From Marsupella aquatica (Eukaryota; Plantae; Marchantiophyta): a stretch of 64,000 bases of DNA. The stretch is from assembly GCA_973895155.1 (NCBI GenBank), contig OZ316899.1, positions 13,705,934 through 13,769,933 on the forward strand. Reading direction: 5' to 3'. The position numbers were made by a program, and so were the translations under genes. The notes under the pieces were generated by a model, which searched no databases, had not been told where the DNA came from, and worked only from the letters and a program-made list of their open reading frames with translations. Positions 36,386 to 48,570 of this stretch are shown piece by piece (positions within the stretch are counted from its first letter, which is position 1; every line of letters starts with the position of its first letter).

Positions 36386-36690
36386 CTATAGACTAACACA
36401 CTCTGATGGCCAGAGCACAAGAGATCCTACTGCATCTGCAATTATTTCCTGAGGTGGATCATCATCTCTATTCGGAAATGGAAAATTACAATCAGATACA
36501 ATCACTGTAGTCAACAACACTACTACATGGTCATCCGGGACCACTTTGCCATGGAATTTAGCATGATCCGGTCGCAAAATGCTTGTACCCACACATAGCT
36601 GCGAGTCATCCTCCCATGATAGAAGATTATGGACTGGCTCTGCTGTGGCTATCACCTCCACCTTACCCTGGTTGTTTTTCTTGGCTTTCC
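36386..36690 (-). pseudogene. C-terminal domain of a CACTA TnpA/Ptta-like protein
   Basis: FHGKVVPDDHVVV...FPFP...IADAVGSLVLWP. Confidence 0.7.
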
Positions 36691-36917
36691 TGGGTGGCTT
36701 ATACATGACATTATTCATACCTTGGTTGCAAGTCATGACTTTGAGTGGTGGACCTAGCCACCCAGCGCCCTCACCAATCCCAGTACTTGCGCCTAAGTGC
36801 CCTTGGTGCCCGAACGCCTCCACGGAATACCTCGAGCAAGCATCCAAGTGCCTCTAGCACCACCTGCAGCCACTCCCATACAAAGCCGCACTTGCTCACC
36901 TACACGACCGCTACTCA

Positions 36918-38524
36918 CACTAGTACAGAATTCACCCTTAATCCAATTCTCCTCAAATCGGACCCCTTAGGCGGATTGTTGCAGTTTTTATCGATGTACC
37001 GATTGAAGTTGCATCGTATCATCCAATCCCCAAACAATCGGGTTAGCATTATCGGACCGAGATTGGACTTGTCCAATTAAACTAGTATCAGAAAGACGCA
37101 TTCAATTCAAAAGAAATGGCAAACAATTGTCCAATTATGTGAGAATGGCATGACCATTTCCAAGTACTTCGCAATCGGAAACTATTGTGCTATTGTACTA
37201 CAATGGGACAGGGGTCCCAATTAGAATCAAATCAAAAATTGAAGTGCGATTACCCCAATCGGCGACCCTAGCGCTGCGCCGGCCTGATCCTACTCCTCTA
37301 CGGGTTGCATATCACTAGCTAACTGGTGTATTCTTTTGTGTGAGGCTTCAAGTCTTAGCAAGATTGTGGGCTACTAGAGAAGTCAGGTCACCCATCCCAA
37401 ACACTATTCCTCTCAATAGGTGCTTAACTTCCCAGTTCTTAGCTCTTGCGTTGTACATGCAACCTTAGGCACATTTGATGTTTCTTATAGAGTGTCTGGG
37501 GTTTTTATACACCTCTGAGTTCATTTAGATCCACAGTTTGGGCCAATTCTTGATGAATTCTTGCGTATCATGACATTGGGTTGTGTGGTCAATTATGAAA
37601 GCTCTATGTTGACCATATGGGAACCAATTTACCTATCAATGTTAGATCGCCAAACAAACCAATGTCCTCCTCAAATTGCTACAATTCCTTTTGGGGCGTG
37701 GTTAAGTTCATTTAGGGATACAATATATATAGAATTTTGACCTAGATGACAATGAAGACAACTGTTTTTGTTGACCGCAAGAATTTTTTTTCATCGAGTC
37801 AAAAGGCTTTGACTTACAATTTAACGAAAACTTTTGGTAACCATTATAGGGTAGTGCATTGTAAAGATAGGAATGGCCATTGGCATAAGATTTCTCATCC
37901 TAGGAACATGGACTACAAAGGCTATGCTACACATGATTCAGGACCGGTCAATACTTTCCATGAGCAAATGAGGGATGACGCTCTGGCCTTGCCAAAGGTT
38001 CCAATTCTAAATGAATCGTAGACACACTTCCAATTCCCAAAGAGTTGGACCACAAAGTCCATTGCACCAACAATTGGACCAAGATCTCATTGTATTTGTG
38101 TTGCAAATATGAATCCCATTGCCTACCACTTGGAAACAATTGTCCAATCCTGAAAACCTTGGAATATCCAATTCCATGCGCATTGAAAACTTCCAATTTG
38201 TCTTGAATGGCAACTTCCAATTCTAATTTGATCGGAAAACATGCTTACATTTTTCTTTGGAAAGGGGTTCCAATTCATCTAGCATTGGAGAAGAATCGGA
38301 CCAAGCGGTCCAATTGTTTATGGCTTGGACAAACAATCCAACTTTTCCTACATCGTAGTGACGGCCCGTTTGTGATTGGGTTGGAATGGTGATAGTCCGA
38401 TTCTAGTTTAATGGCAAGGTCCGATACGCGTTGGCTTGGACGGTTGGATCCAATTAGAATAGAATCGGAAACCTTGGCATCATCGGAAGGTGAGACTCGG
38501 ACTAGGCCCCAAATTGTACTAGTG
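36918..38524. mobile_element. Non-autonomous CACTA element B (1607 bp)
   Basis: TIRs CACTAGTACA / TGTACTAGTG, 3-bp TSD TCA, CCAATT/ATCGG subterminal repeats. Confidence 0.93.
37385..37439 (-). pseudogene. 5S rRNA-derived internal control region (box A and box C)
   Basis: AGAACTgggAAGTTAAGC...GGATGGGTGACCT matches the plant 5S internal promoter in order and near-identical spacing. Confidence 0.8.
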
Positions 38525-39739
38525 TCAACAGTCCTCACTGTCTGCACAAGCAACCAAGCACCTCGGTAAGTAACCCCGCCGGATCTAGAACTTGCCAAGT
38601 CTAGCATCCTAACTCAAGCTCAACAGACGTTGGTAAATAGGTCAGCGATAGGTCCTCCCAATGCCATAAGCCGGAACCAGAACCCACGCCCACTGTCCGT
38701 CCAGGGCAGCTCCTTCCTTGGGCGCGGCCCGGGTTCCCCCTCATACCTATCCATCACCAACTGACCTCCCTGACCCCAGGACATGCTCATGGCCCAAGTA
38801 GCGTAGCTTGTCCTAAAGCTTGTCCCAAGCTTGTCTCAACACGTCGGGACCAGAATGGCCCCAACTCTAACAACTGCTCCCGGTTTGTTCCACTGATGGT
38901 CTAGGGATCGAGCGCCCTTGGGACTCAGCCTCCATACCTACTTGGCCTTTCCTCCCCAATGCAAGCTCCCTTGGGAGGCTGAACGCGGCTTGGCTGCTGT
39001 TCGGTAGGATTTGGCAAATGGGCAAGCTAACACCCGCAAACCACGAGAACCCATGGCACCCCTAGACCCAGCTGAGCTCAGGAGGGCGTAGCCCTTCTCA
39101 AGAGATTTCCAATGCACCTAAGAAGTCCTCCAAGGGACTTCCCGTTGGGAAGATATCGCCATTTCCGTTTGGCAATTTCCCTTAGTGTCGCGACCGCCGC
39201 GGCTCACGACTTCGGCTCGCCCTTAGCCCCCAGGGAGACACCACTCCCCTCATATATGCTTCTAGAGACCTGCCACCCCCGGAGCAGCTTTGGTCCCTAA
39301 ACATTTGGCCCCCAACCCGGATCCCATCGCGCATAATGGGCGCGCCACCAACTAGCAACGCCCATAACTTTCTTGATAGGCATCCGCAAGCGGAGTGCCT
39401 TAGCCCGTTGTCGCGAGGACTTAAAGTTAGGGGCTCCTTGGGCAAACTATGCATTTTTGGCTGCGATCGGGACAAGTGACAAGCACTTTTTGGAGCAAAC
39501 TCTCACTCCTTTATATTTTTTACTTTTCTCACAAAGGTTACAATAGGTGCCCTCGAGTAAGCTTGCCCGCAAGAGTCTGGTAGCTGGCCCTACGGCGGGC
39601 CGCTACCTCTAACTTGTCGGGTAGAACTCCTCGAGTGACTAACTACTCAAAACCTGACGGAAAAACTATCCTCCTTAGCTCACAAAACCAAAAACTCGAC
39701 TAGCTACTCCACTAGTCTAAAACAGCTTGCACGGAACTC

Positions 39740-39901
39740 GGGCCTGGACCAACGAGGCTCCAAACTCAAGAAATCCTTGCCTGGATCGACAAGACTCCAA
39801 ACTCAAGAAATCCTTGCCTGGATCGACAAGACTCCAAACTCAAGAAATCCCCGCCTAGATCAACGAGACTCTAGACTCGAGAAATTCCCCGTCTGGATCG
39901 A
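39740..39901. repeat. 37-bp tandem repeat inside the LTR (~4 copies)
   Basis: Unit CTCCAAACTCAAGAAATCCTTGCCTGGATCGACAAGA. Confidence 0.9.
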
Positions 39902-40414
39902 AAACTCACTCAGAACTCCAAAATCGCCGCACAACAGTCGAGTTCCGCAGAATGGAGTGAAACTCACAGAACGCAACTCAACAGATCTCAATAGACAACC
40001 ACCAACCTCAATGAGCGGAGGCTCAAGTCTTAAGTAGCATCGGAAACCCAACCATCCAGCCTGAGCCAGCTACCAGCAGCGAGGGTCATCCAAACTCCAA
40101 GCCTGGTGACTCACCCAAACACCAAACCTAGTGATGATGAGTCACCCAATTGCCAAACCTCAATCCATCCAACCAAGCAGCCCCTCCGAGTCAACATGCA
40201 CGCAACCCAACCGGGAGGCCTCGCCCTTCATCCCCTATAAAAGACATTCCTGAGCCGAAATCTTTCGGCACGACATCCTCCCCCAATAAACCTGAGCAGC
40301 CTCCGGTCTGCTCCAATCCATCAGATTTCCTCTAAGTCTGAGTCCGAACTCGAGCCATGCGCCTGGACCACTTCCTCCTCAAGAAACTCAAACCCAAAGC
40401 CTTCAGACTCGGCC

Positions 40415-41624
40415 TTAGGCACTTTCCAGAAACTCGAAGTCCAACTCATCCGAATCAGAACCAGTCAAGCCACTTTGGAAACTCAAGTCCAACGGATGCG
40501 CCTGGACCAGTGCCTCGTCTTCAAATTCACTCAAGTCAGAACTTGAGTCCATTCCATCTCTAGGTTGCACCTTGCAAACCTTCACTCTCTCCCGTATGTC
40601 AACGACTCGATAGTCAATCCGATCAAGCTCTTGAATCTGCCTCTTCAAGTTGTGATGGATCCCTCGATTGTCAGCATACTCCTGAACATCCCAATACAAA
40701 TCTGGCCACCAATACTCCTTTCGGATCCGCTCACAGACCTTCGCCCTTACTCCTTTCAAACCACCTTTGACCTCAGCATCATAGACTTCCTCCAAAATCC
40801 GCTTTTGCTCATCCTTAGAATCGACAACTCTCCTCAGTACTAGCATGGGGCCCTTAGGTTTCTGCCAAAGGTAGCCCTCTCTAAGAATGAACTTATCAGA
40901 TTTCACTCGAATGTCTTTGAACTCTTTACCATCCTGCTTCAGCCGCTTCCCAAAGTCACTCAGATACTTCCCAATGTCCAGTAGCTCTCCTGAGTAACAC
41001 TCTTCCTTGAACACTAGACTCCCCATCTTTCGGTCCGCAATTGGCTCCCCTTTGAACTTTGCACTTAGATCCATCTTAGCATCTCGGTTCTCCCCCATAG
41101 CAATGCCAACTTCTGCCGCTGTTGGATCTCGCAGCTGCTTTTGGTTCCTCTCATTTCCAGGTAGAACCGCCGGAAACTGAACCACCTCCTTATCATCTTT
41201 GCCCCGAACCTTCACCATGAAGGTAGTATCATCCAGAACCTTCGTCTCCATCCTCCATTCAGTGATGAACGGCATGCCCAGTATCACCGGAAATGACAAG
41301 TGCTTATGAACAAAAATGTTACAAGCCTGCTTGACATTCCCAAACTTCACCATCACATTCGGACATCCGCCCCAAAGATAGTCCTTCATTGAACTCACCG
41401 AGTTCACACTCCAAAGCAACTCATTGTCCACCGGCCAATTCCCCTTTTGAAACACCTTTGGATCCATCAAGTTGATCTTCGAGCCAGTATCAATGAGCGC
41501 CTGCACCTTGCCTTCCATTCCTTCCAACTGGCACTCGCTCTCCGGACTTGCTCGAGCCCAGTATCCATCTCGGTAAGCATAACCGTTTCCTTTCATTGAG
41601 CCCATGACATGAATGGTCCTCGAT
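40415..41624 (-). CDS. Protease fused in frame to a degenerate integrase zinc-finger region
   Basis: ALIDTGS, ILGMPF, then FKEECYSGELLDIG...YWWPDLY; RT, RNase H and integrase core absent. Confidence 0.75.
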
Positions 41625-43200
41625 TGCAAATGGTTTGGAGTCGATCGTTTCGACTTCAAGCTCAACTCTGAGTGACAATTGGTGTTTTGTTTCTGATGAG
41701 TTTTGGGCATGCGGAAGCTAAGGAGTTGGGAGTTGGTTGCGATTGGAATGCAAAGGGCTGTTGGTTCATCTTCTGGCAACCAAGAGTCTGGCTATTGAGT
41801 TCTGAACCCGCTTGGCGGTGACTCGTCGGGTGGGGATGCTGCTTCTGAGGCATATTTGAGGGCTAGGATTTAGCTCAATCCTGGGGAGTCAATCATTTAT
41901 GGTGATTTGGATTGAAGATTGGGGTGCTACCGATTGTGGACTAGCAAACCTGAGTGTTGGATCGTTGGTGATGCGAGCTAGAGATTCTGAGTTCTGAGCT
42001 TGAGCACTTGAGTAATTGGATTTCATGGATTTTCCGACTTGATAGCCTTTGAGTGGACGATAGCCCGATGGAAGATAGATAGTAGCCCGCCGAAGGGTTA
42101 GAGATCAGACTTCCATGAGTGACCCGCCCAAGGGCACCCATTGTATTGATAATGAGATTTCCAGAAAGTAAAGTGTTTGAGTTTGGGCCCCGAATTGTTG
42201 TTATTCACTCATCTGGATCACAGCCAGAAACAGTCCGTTTTCCCAAGGTGACCCTTGCATTCAGTCCACGCAACATTGGCGACCATACTAGGGAGACCTT
42301 GGGGCGATTAGGCAAGATGGGTGATAGCAACGAGATTGATCGGATTTCCCACATCGTCATGACAATGATGCGGAGTATAAGGAAAGAGGAGATTGAAGCT
42401 GAGAAGGAGAACAGAGATGCGGGCAGAATGACTCATTGTCTCCAAGAGGTTTTGAGAGTAAAAGGGCAATTTGATGGAAGGAACGTAACGAGTTACCTGA
42501 AGAGTTACTTGACAGAAGCAGCTGTCTACAAGTTCAGTGAGGATACATCCATGAGGGAGTTCCTGGTTTTGGTGGAGCCAGAGCTAACCTCCACGGTAAA
42601 GTTGATCATTGGCTCGGCTGAGAATTGGGATGATTTTGATTCTAGGATGAAGGAAGAGTTCCAGGCTGAGGATGCAGATAGAGTCACTCAAGCCACGTTT
42701 CTTGATTGGGTGAATGATCATAATAAGAAGCTAAAAGGTCCGCAAGAGTTACTAAGGGAGTTCAAGAGTAAGGTGTCCCAATTACCAAAGAGGGATGTTG
42801 GGATAATTGAGATGCAGCGCTCCACTCTATTCTTGAGAGCAGCTGATGAGGATCTCAGGGAAGAGTTGGAAAATGCGATGGAATTGCTCGAACCGACTAG
42901 GGTGACCTTGTTGAATGATTGGAACCAAGTGGAGAAGGCGGTGTCGAAAGTGAGCAATCGGCACCGGAGGCGAGAGTTGGACAGAGAAGCCACGACTCTT
43001 GAGCTGAAGGTGCCTGAACCATTGTTGGCTAAGGCAAAACGGGAACTATCCAAGGACGAAGCGTTGCCGGTAATAGATGATCTTGCGGAAATGATGTAGA
43101 ATTTGAAAATCCTGATTGCACATTTGGCTGAGAAGCCTAAGGTTGGAAGCATCCCAGAGAGGAGACAGGAGACCCAGAGCTGGCCATGCATGTAGTGCGA

Positions 43201-46200
43201 TGTCACATCGTCAGCCTAGGCCTTAACCTGGGCTTCGGCTTAGACAGGCACATCCTTCGTGAAAATGAGGGTTCGGGCAGGGAGGGAGGCACGGCACCTA
43301 ACTCACATAAACTAGCGCTAAGTGCGCCTATTGTCATATACGGACACCTCTTAGGTATGGTTTGTGTTCCGCCGCCAGAACATACCTCAGTCGATAGCAG
43401 GATCAACCCCCGGCTTACGGGCTTCTAAGCCTTCGTGTTGTCCGCCTTTGATCTGGATTCGATGGTATGGGTACTCAACCCGGCCTCGTAGCCACTTACC
43501 CACAAGCTGCACCCCGTGCACGACTTGGGTAGTGCGTTCGGCCAAGCATTGGCACCTATACACGAGATTCACACATATACATACGCACAAGCATATAATC
43601 TCAATTTACACGAAGGAAATAATAGGAAAGGATTTTACTACATAGGAGACATATGCGTACACTTAGTTGACCCGAAAGCTTTGGAATGAACAGGTCCGAG
43701 GCCAAGGGTGTACACTACAACAGAGCCCGGCTCCGCACTCGCCCAGCAAGCTTAGTCCTAAACCCTCCCCTTGGTACTCTTTCACTCTCAGAGGTTGGGA
43801 CTCCCCGCACATACCGCGGATGTCCAACACTAAGACTAAAAATCCCCCCTGCCTCTACCGAGGGGTGCACTAAATACTAAGGGCCGAGGAACGGAGTGCC
43901 CTCTTGCCCAAAGATTTGCTAACTAAGGTCCTAACTAAGCTGGCTGTCAGGCCGGAAAACGACTTGTCTTATTAGAAGATCCTAATCTATGCAGGTTGTA
44001 CAGCATGGCAGTGCTGCTTTAACTAGGGCAAGTGCTTGTCCCTATAGCCTAATTTAGCTACTCCTACTCTATTTTAATCCTACTCCGCCGCTAATGCCTG
44101 GCACGCTTGCCAGAGCCGCCCGAGTGGGAGCGGCTATCCCGCTGCCTTCTGAGTCTGTCGGCGTCCTGCTTGAGTAGCTGGACCTGGTCCAGCAGAGATT
44201 TGTTCTCCCGCTTTGCCGCGTCCGCCTCTTCCGCAGCCTCTTGGCATGCCTCCTCCAGTTGTTGGGTGTCGCTCGTCAGCTTATCCACCAACTGGGCCTG
44301 TTTTGTGGCTTCTCCTTGAAGCCACGCCAGAGGTCTTCAGGGTGTCAATCTTGGTTGTGTCCCACTGAGATCTAGAGTCAGCTTCCTCCAGATCCTTTTG
44401 CCAATTGACGGTTTGTCCCTTCAAACCGTCACTCTTGGCCCGGAGCCGTGCGATCTCGGTTCTCCTGCACCACCGCGGGGGGTGGCAAAATCCCCTCGGC
44501 TACCGTGGCATCTGCTTCGGGTATGGCTTCATCTGGCCCAGCTTCGATTGCATTGTCCCGATTGATTGCATCTAAGGTTGCGATAACGTCAATGGGTATG
44601 CCTGGCGGGGCGGCATCGGCGGGTTACAGGGTCGGGGTAGCAGGACTTGCAGCTGCCAGACTTCGGGCCTTGGGCTGCGATCGCCTCACCTGGCTGGGAA
44701 CACCCATTTTGGCGGGGTCAGCTCGGGCTCGTTGAGATGCGGGAGGCTTCAACGGTCGAAACGAGCATACCACTCGATGATGATTTTGATGTGGCTAGCA
44801 AAGTACGCCCTTCCACCAAGGTACAAAGTCTTCCTTCTCCGCTCCATCTCCTCGTGGAACTTCTTGACGAAGAAGGACGCCCACTTCCTGGGCTGATAGT
44901 TCTCCACTTGGATGACCTGAGCGGCCGATATTTCTCCTCTGGGTTCCATCATGTGGAGGGCATACCGCTGGAACTCCAAGCATTATGCTACCTCCGGGAT
45001 GAGGCACGTCCTCATTAAGAACCCATTATCCACTACCCCCTCGGCCTGGAAACTAGAGGACTGGTATTAAGCTCCTTTGCCCCCAGGAGCCCGCGACTCT
45101 ACTTGGTTTATCCCCTTGGGTAAACCAAAAATCATCTTTAGATGTGCCTCATTGAGACACATCACTCTCCCGTGTGCTCGGGTTTGTTGACGGGCCTCGT
45201 CAAAGTTCTGAATGAACTCCGACATATCCTGTCCCTAGTACCTGCTTGAGTTCCAAGGGAGAGAGGCAAGGTGCTCAAACCCTTGGGTCTTCAGATAGCA
45301 TGCATGCTTGGGGTGGAGGATGTTCTTGTGAACATTGTCCCCCATGCGATGCATGGTCAGCTTGGCTACCGCAACCGTGGCCAATGGCAACCCGGATACG
45401 GCTGCGGGCTCCTTCCTCTTCCTACCCCGAGACTGATTCCCGGGGTGACTAAAAGAGGGGGACACCTCTCCTTCCTCTCGGTCAGGTGGTGGTAGCGCGA
45501 CTGACGTGAGTATTGGTGCCGGGGCCGCTAGAGTTACCGTGTTATCCCCTTGGGCTTGCTGGAGTGGTGCTGGGTTGTTCAGCACTCATTGAGTCGTACC
45601 CCGCGGCCGTCGATTCAGAGGAGGTGAGCCTCCTCGTCTTTGGAGCTAATATTTACCACATTCACCATGGATCGTACTCGGAGAGGCGGTGGAACCGGTG
45701 GCGGGGACCGGCTCGGCTGAGGCCGAGGAGGTGTACGTGCGGGTACGGGCACGAGTTGGCCGACACTGGTCGTTGATGGTAGAGTTGCCATGAAGTTCTG
45801 CAGGTGTTGGTGGAGGTTTTCCGAAGCAAGTGAAGACGGCCCTGTCGATCGGGCAGTGTTGAACTCGCTGTTGATGATAGCCCGGACCCGAGCGGGGATG
45901 TGGTCGAAGTGGTGCCACTGCAAGTCGATCGTGCCCGGGATATTGAAGACCTCGTCCAAAAGCCGAAGCAATGCCTCCCAGAAGCCGATGTATTTGCCTC
46001 CGTCGAAGATACCCTGATACTTCTTCGGGTCGGTAAAGCTCGCTCTGGGATGGGTAATCAAAGTTAAGGAGATAGTGGTGTCTTCCTCCTAGGCGGATGG
46101 CTCTCTCATATTTGCGTTCGATATCGTATCAGCGCGGGTTGGCATGTTTCAATGACTCGGCCAAGTGCCCTCCGATAGACAGGAACTCAGTCCAGAATCG

Positions 46201-47070
46201 TATGGCCGAACTGGAAAGGATCGTGTGTGACATTCAGAGGAGATAGCAGGTGACTAAGGAAAAAGCGAGAGAACCGGGGTCGAAGCTGGCGCGTGGACTG
46301 AAGAACTGGTGCACTGCAAAGGATCGGCCCCCTTTTATACCTTGAGAGCTCATCGATTGCCCGAGGCCTCCTTGTCGCTTATAGGCCGAGCCTTTCACGC
46401 TCGTAGTGTACCGGCTCCTTTGCCGGTCTAGGTCAGCTCGTGTCAGTGGCCGCCTCCTGGAGTTCGTTACACGGACCCAAGGGGGGGAAGGGGGCCCATT
46501 ACACGCTTGCAACCCGGGCGTGCGAATGGCGACCCGCCACCAGCCCGAGGTGTTTACAAAAGATAGCAAACAGGAAACAGGATTTAATAACAGAAACTGG
46601 TAACAGGAAAAAAAACTGGTAACAGGAAAATGGGTGGAATTTTTTTTTGATTTTTTTTGGAAATTTTGTTTGGAATTTTTTTTTCCGGTCGACCAGTTTT
46701 TTTTGCTAGAGCCCGGCGCTGCTAATAGTAGCGCCCAAAGCTAGCCAAAAATGTTGCATTGTTAATTTTTTTTGGAAATAACATGTTTTAGGAGACATTT
46801 TTAAATTGTCGTTTTTCCTAGTAACAGTGATTTTTTCCTGGTAAAAGCATTTTAAAAACAGGAAAAAATAAATCCTATTTACCTGTTTCCTGTCTCCGTC
46901 GCTATACCCACCAGCCCGAACATGAATTCCCCTTATTGACTAATGATTTCCTACTCATAATGGCTACCTAAATACTGTCGTTATGCTAATAATAATGGCC
47001 TAAGATACCCCTAACGCACGTGCTAAGCACGGTTAGACCAAATCACTCATTACCCGCCACATGCGTCACA
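43201..47070 (-). mobile_element. Giant solo LTR, family B copy 2 (divergent subfamily; ORF remnant 44091-46233)
   Basis: TG..CA ends, TSD TGCGA, co-linear with copy 1. Confidence 0.92.
46547..46909. mobile_element. MITE copy 2 (inverted relative to copy 1)
   Basis: TSD ACCAGCCC; absent from LTR copies 1 and 3; shares TAGCGCCCAAAGCTAGCCAAAAA core. Confidence 0.88.
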
Positions 47071-48503
47071 TGCGACAGTAAGGATCATGACAAGAGGGAA
47101 TGTCAGGATCTGAAGGAAGCAGCTGATAAGGGGCTGGTTAAGTTTACCAGAGAGATTGGGCAAAAGAAGATATCGTTTCCGGACAATGAAGAACCGATTC
47201 CCTCCAATTCAAACAAGGGAGGGATGAAGGCATTGGCCGAAAGGCGAGCTGGTAAGAGAGGAAGTGGAGAGGCATCCTCTTCCCATGCGGAAGCAAACAT
47301 TTATAATATCGAGTTAGATGGCCCTATGATCGAGTCAGATGAATATTACCAGAGATTGGCGGGATGGGAAGACCCGGTTCTGATCAACATGATTACAGTG
47401 GAAGTAGGAGCGGCTTGGGACGTAGAAGCAAACTCTAAACAAAGGAAGACTGATGAGGATGATACCCCGTTGCAGTCGGGGGAACAAGAAAGAAGGGAAA
47501 CTCGTGATTGAGAGAGGAAGGTAAGGTTCGAAGAAGAGGAAATCAAGAATCAACCGGCTGCTGAAAAGCCGATTAGGAAGGATCCGGGTTGGGTGCTCGG
47601 AAGAGATTTGGATTAGGCCATGTATCCAGAAATGGTGGCCAAAAAGTTTTGGAGCCAATGAGCTCAAGGGTTTTCCAATGCTTAGCTATTTGGGAGCATG
47701 AAGCGAGAGATCCAGGAAGCCATTTTGGAGAGGTCAAAGAGAAAACGGATATACAAAGAGGGACCTCATACCTTGATGGGGGAGGCCCGAGGGTTGGACT
47801 TGGGTGGATTTTGGACTTATGCGACCATTGCTGATGCGGAAACTGATGATGAGTTTGAGGATGCAAACGAGGAATTCGAAGAGGAAGCTGAAAAGAGCGA
47901 AGTTGGAGTTGCGCTCGACGATAGGCTCGTGGCCAGAGTCAAAAGTCGAGCCACTGAGGTCCAGGTAAGGTCATTTGCAGGCTTTGGAAGGACGAAGGAA
48001 AGTTTCTCTTACCAAGATGGGCATTGGGCAAGGGCTTGCCCAGAAGGCGAATGCGAAATAAGGGGAATGAAAGGCAAAGTGAGGGCCTTGTTTGACTCAG
48101 GTTCCGAGATTAACTTGATGTCTAAAAGTGTTTATGAAAAGGGGCAATGGATGATTGATAAGGAGTTGGTTTGGGCTGTGAATTCCGTGAGTTCCATGAG
48201 GGATTACCTTTGGGGAGGCTGTCCTGATGTTGTTGTGAAGTTCGGGAATGTGGCCCAACCTTGTAATATTTTTGTTCATGAGTTGTTATCATTCCCAGTC
48301 ATTTTGGGCATGCCGTTCATAACTGCGTTGAGAATGAAGACCAAAGTACTTGATGATACTACTTATATGGTGAAAATTTGGAGTAGCAATGGGATCCAGG
48401 TGGTGCAGTTCCCTGCTGTGTTCCCTGGAAATGTGCAAAACCGGAAGGAGTTGCGAGAGCCAAAGACTGAGGTTGAGAGGAACTCTAACAAAGAAAGAGA
48501 ACA

Positions 48504-48570
48504 GGGAAATGGTTTTGCGCTCCGCTGAAGTTCGTGGACCAGCGGAGTGCTTGTGTTTTGGCTCCACGGG
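48504..48570 (+). promoter_or_regulatory. -1 programmed ribosomal frameshift signal (G GGA AAT + H-type pseudoknot)
   Basis: In-phase slippery heptamer, 6-nt spacer, stem 1 48517-48527/48540-48550, stem 2 48533-48538/48563-48568. Confidence 0.8.

Larger units (their letters stand above)
29947..36740 (-). mobile_element. CACTA element A, truncated, interrupted by Copia 2
   Basis: CACTAGTAGAAA terminus, GACT/AGTC subterminal repeats to ~30330, TnpA-associated domain at 36386-36690; other terminus not found. Confidence 0.75.
36742..39408. other. Unclassified GC-richer repeat-like segment, probably an LTR fragment; hosts CACTA B
   Basis: Compositional shift and TG start; no coding signal, ends unverified. 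Confidence 0.35.
39409..41624 (-). mobile_element. Non-autonomous derivative of Gypsy C (protease, integrase remnant, PPT, 3' LTR 39409-40275), 5'-truncated
   Basis: Inverted homology to Gypsy C protease, integrase N-terminus and PPT region; LTR ends TGTCGTG...CGCGACA. Confidence 0.85.
42317..48528 (+). pseudogene. gag: Gypsy C gag-protease, split at the zinc knuckle by solo LTR B copy 2
   Basis: FDGRNVTSYL; knuckle CM*C|DSKDHDKREC rejoins across TSD TGCGA; ALFDSGSEIN protease. Confidence 0.9.

Noticed and set aside
39740-39901. 37-bp repeats as a CRISPR array
   Set aside because: Head-to-tail repeats without spacers, inside an LTR in eukaryotic DNA.
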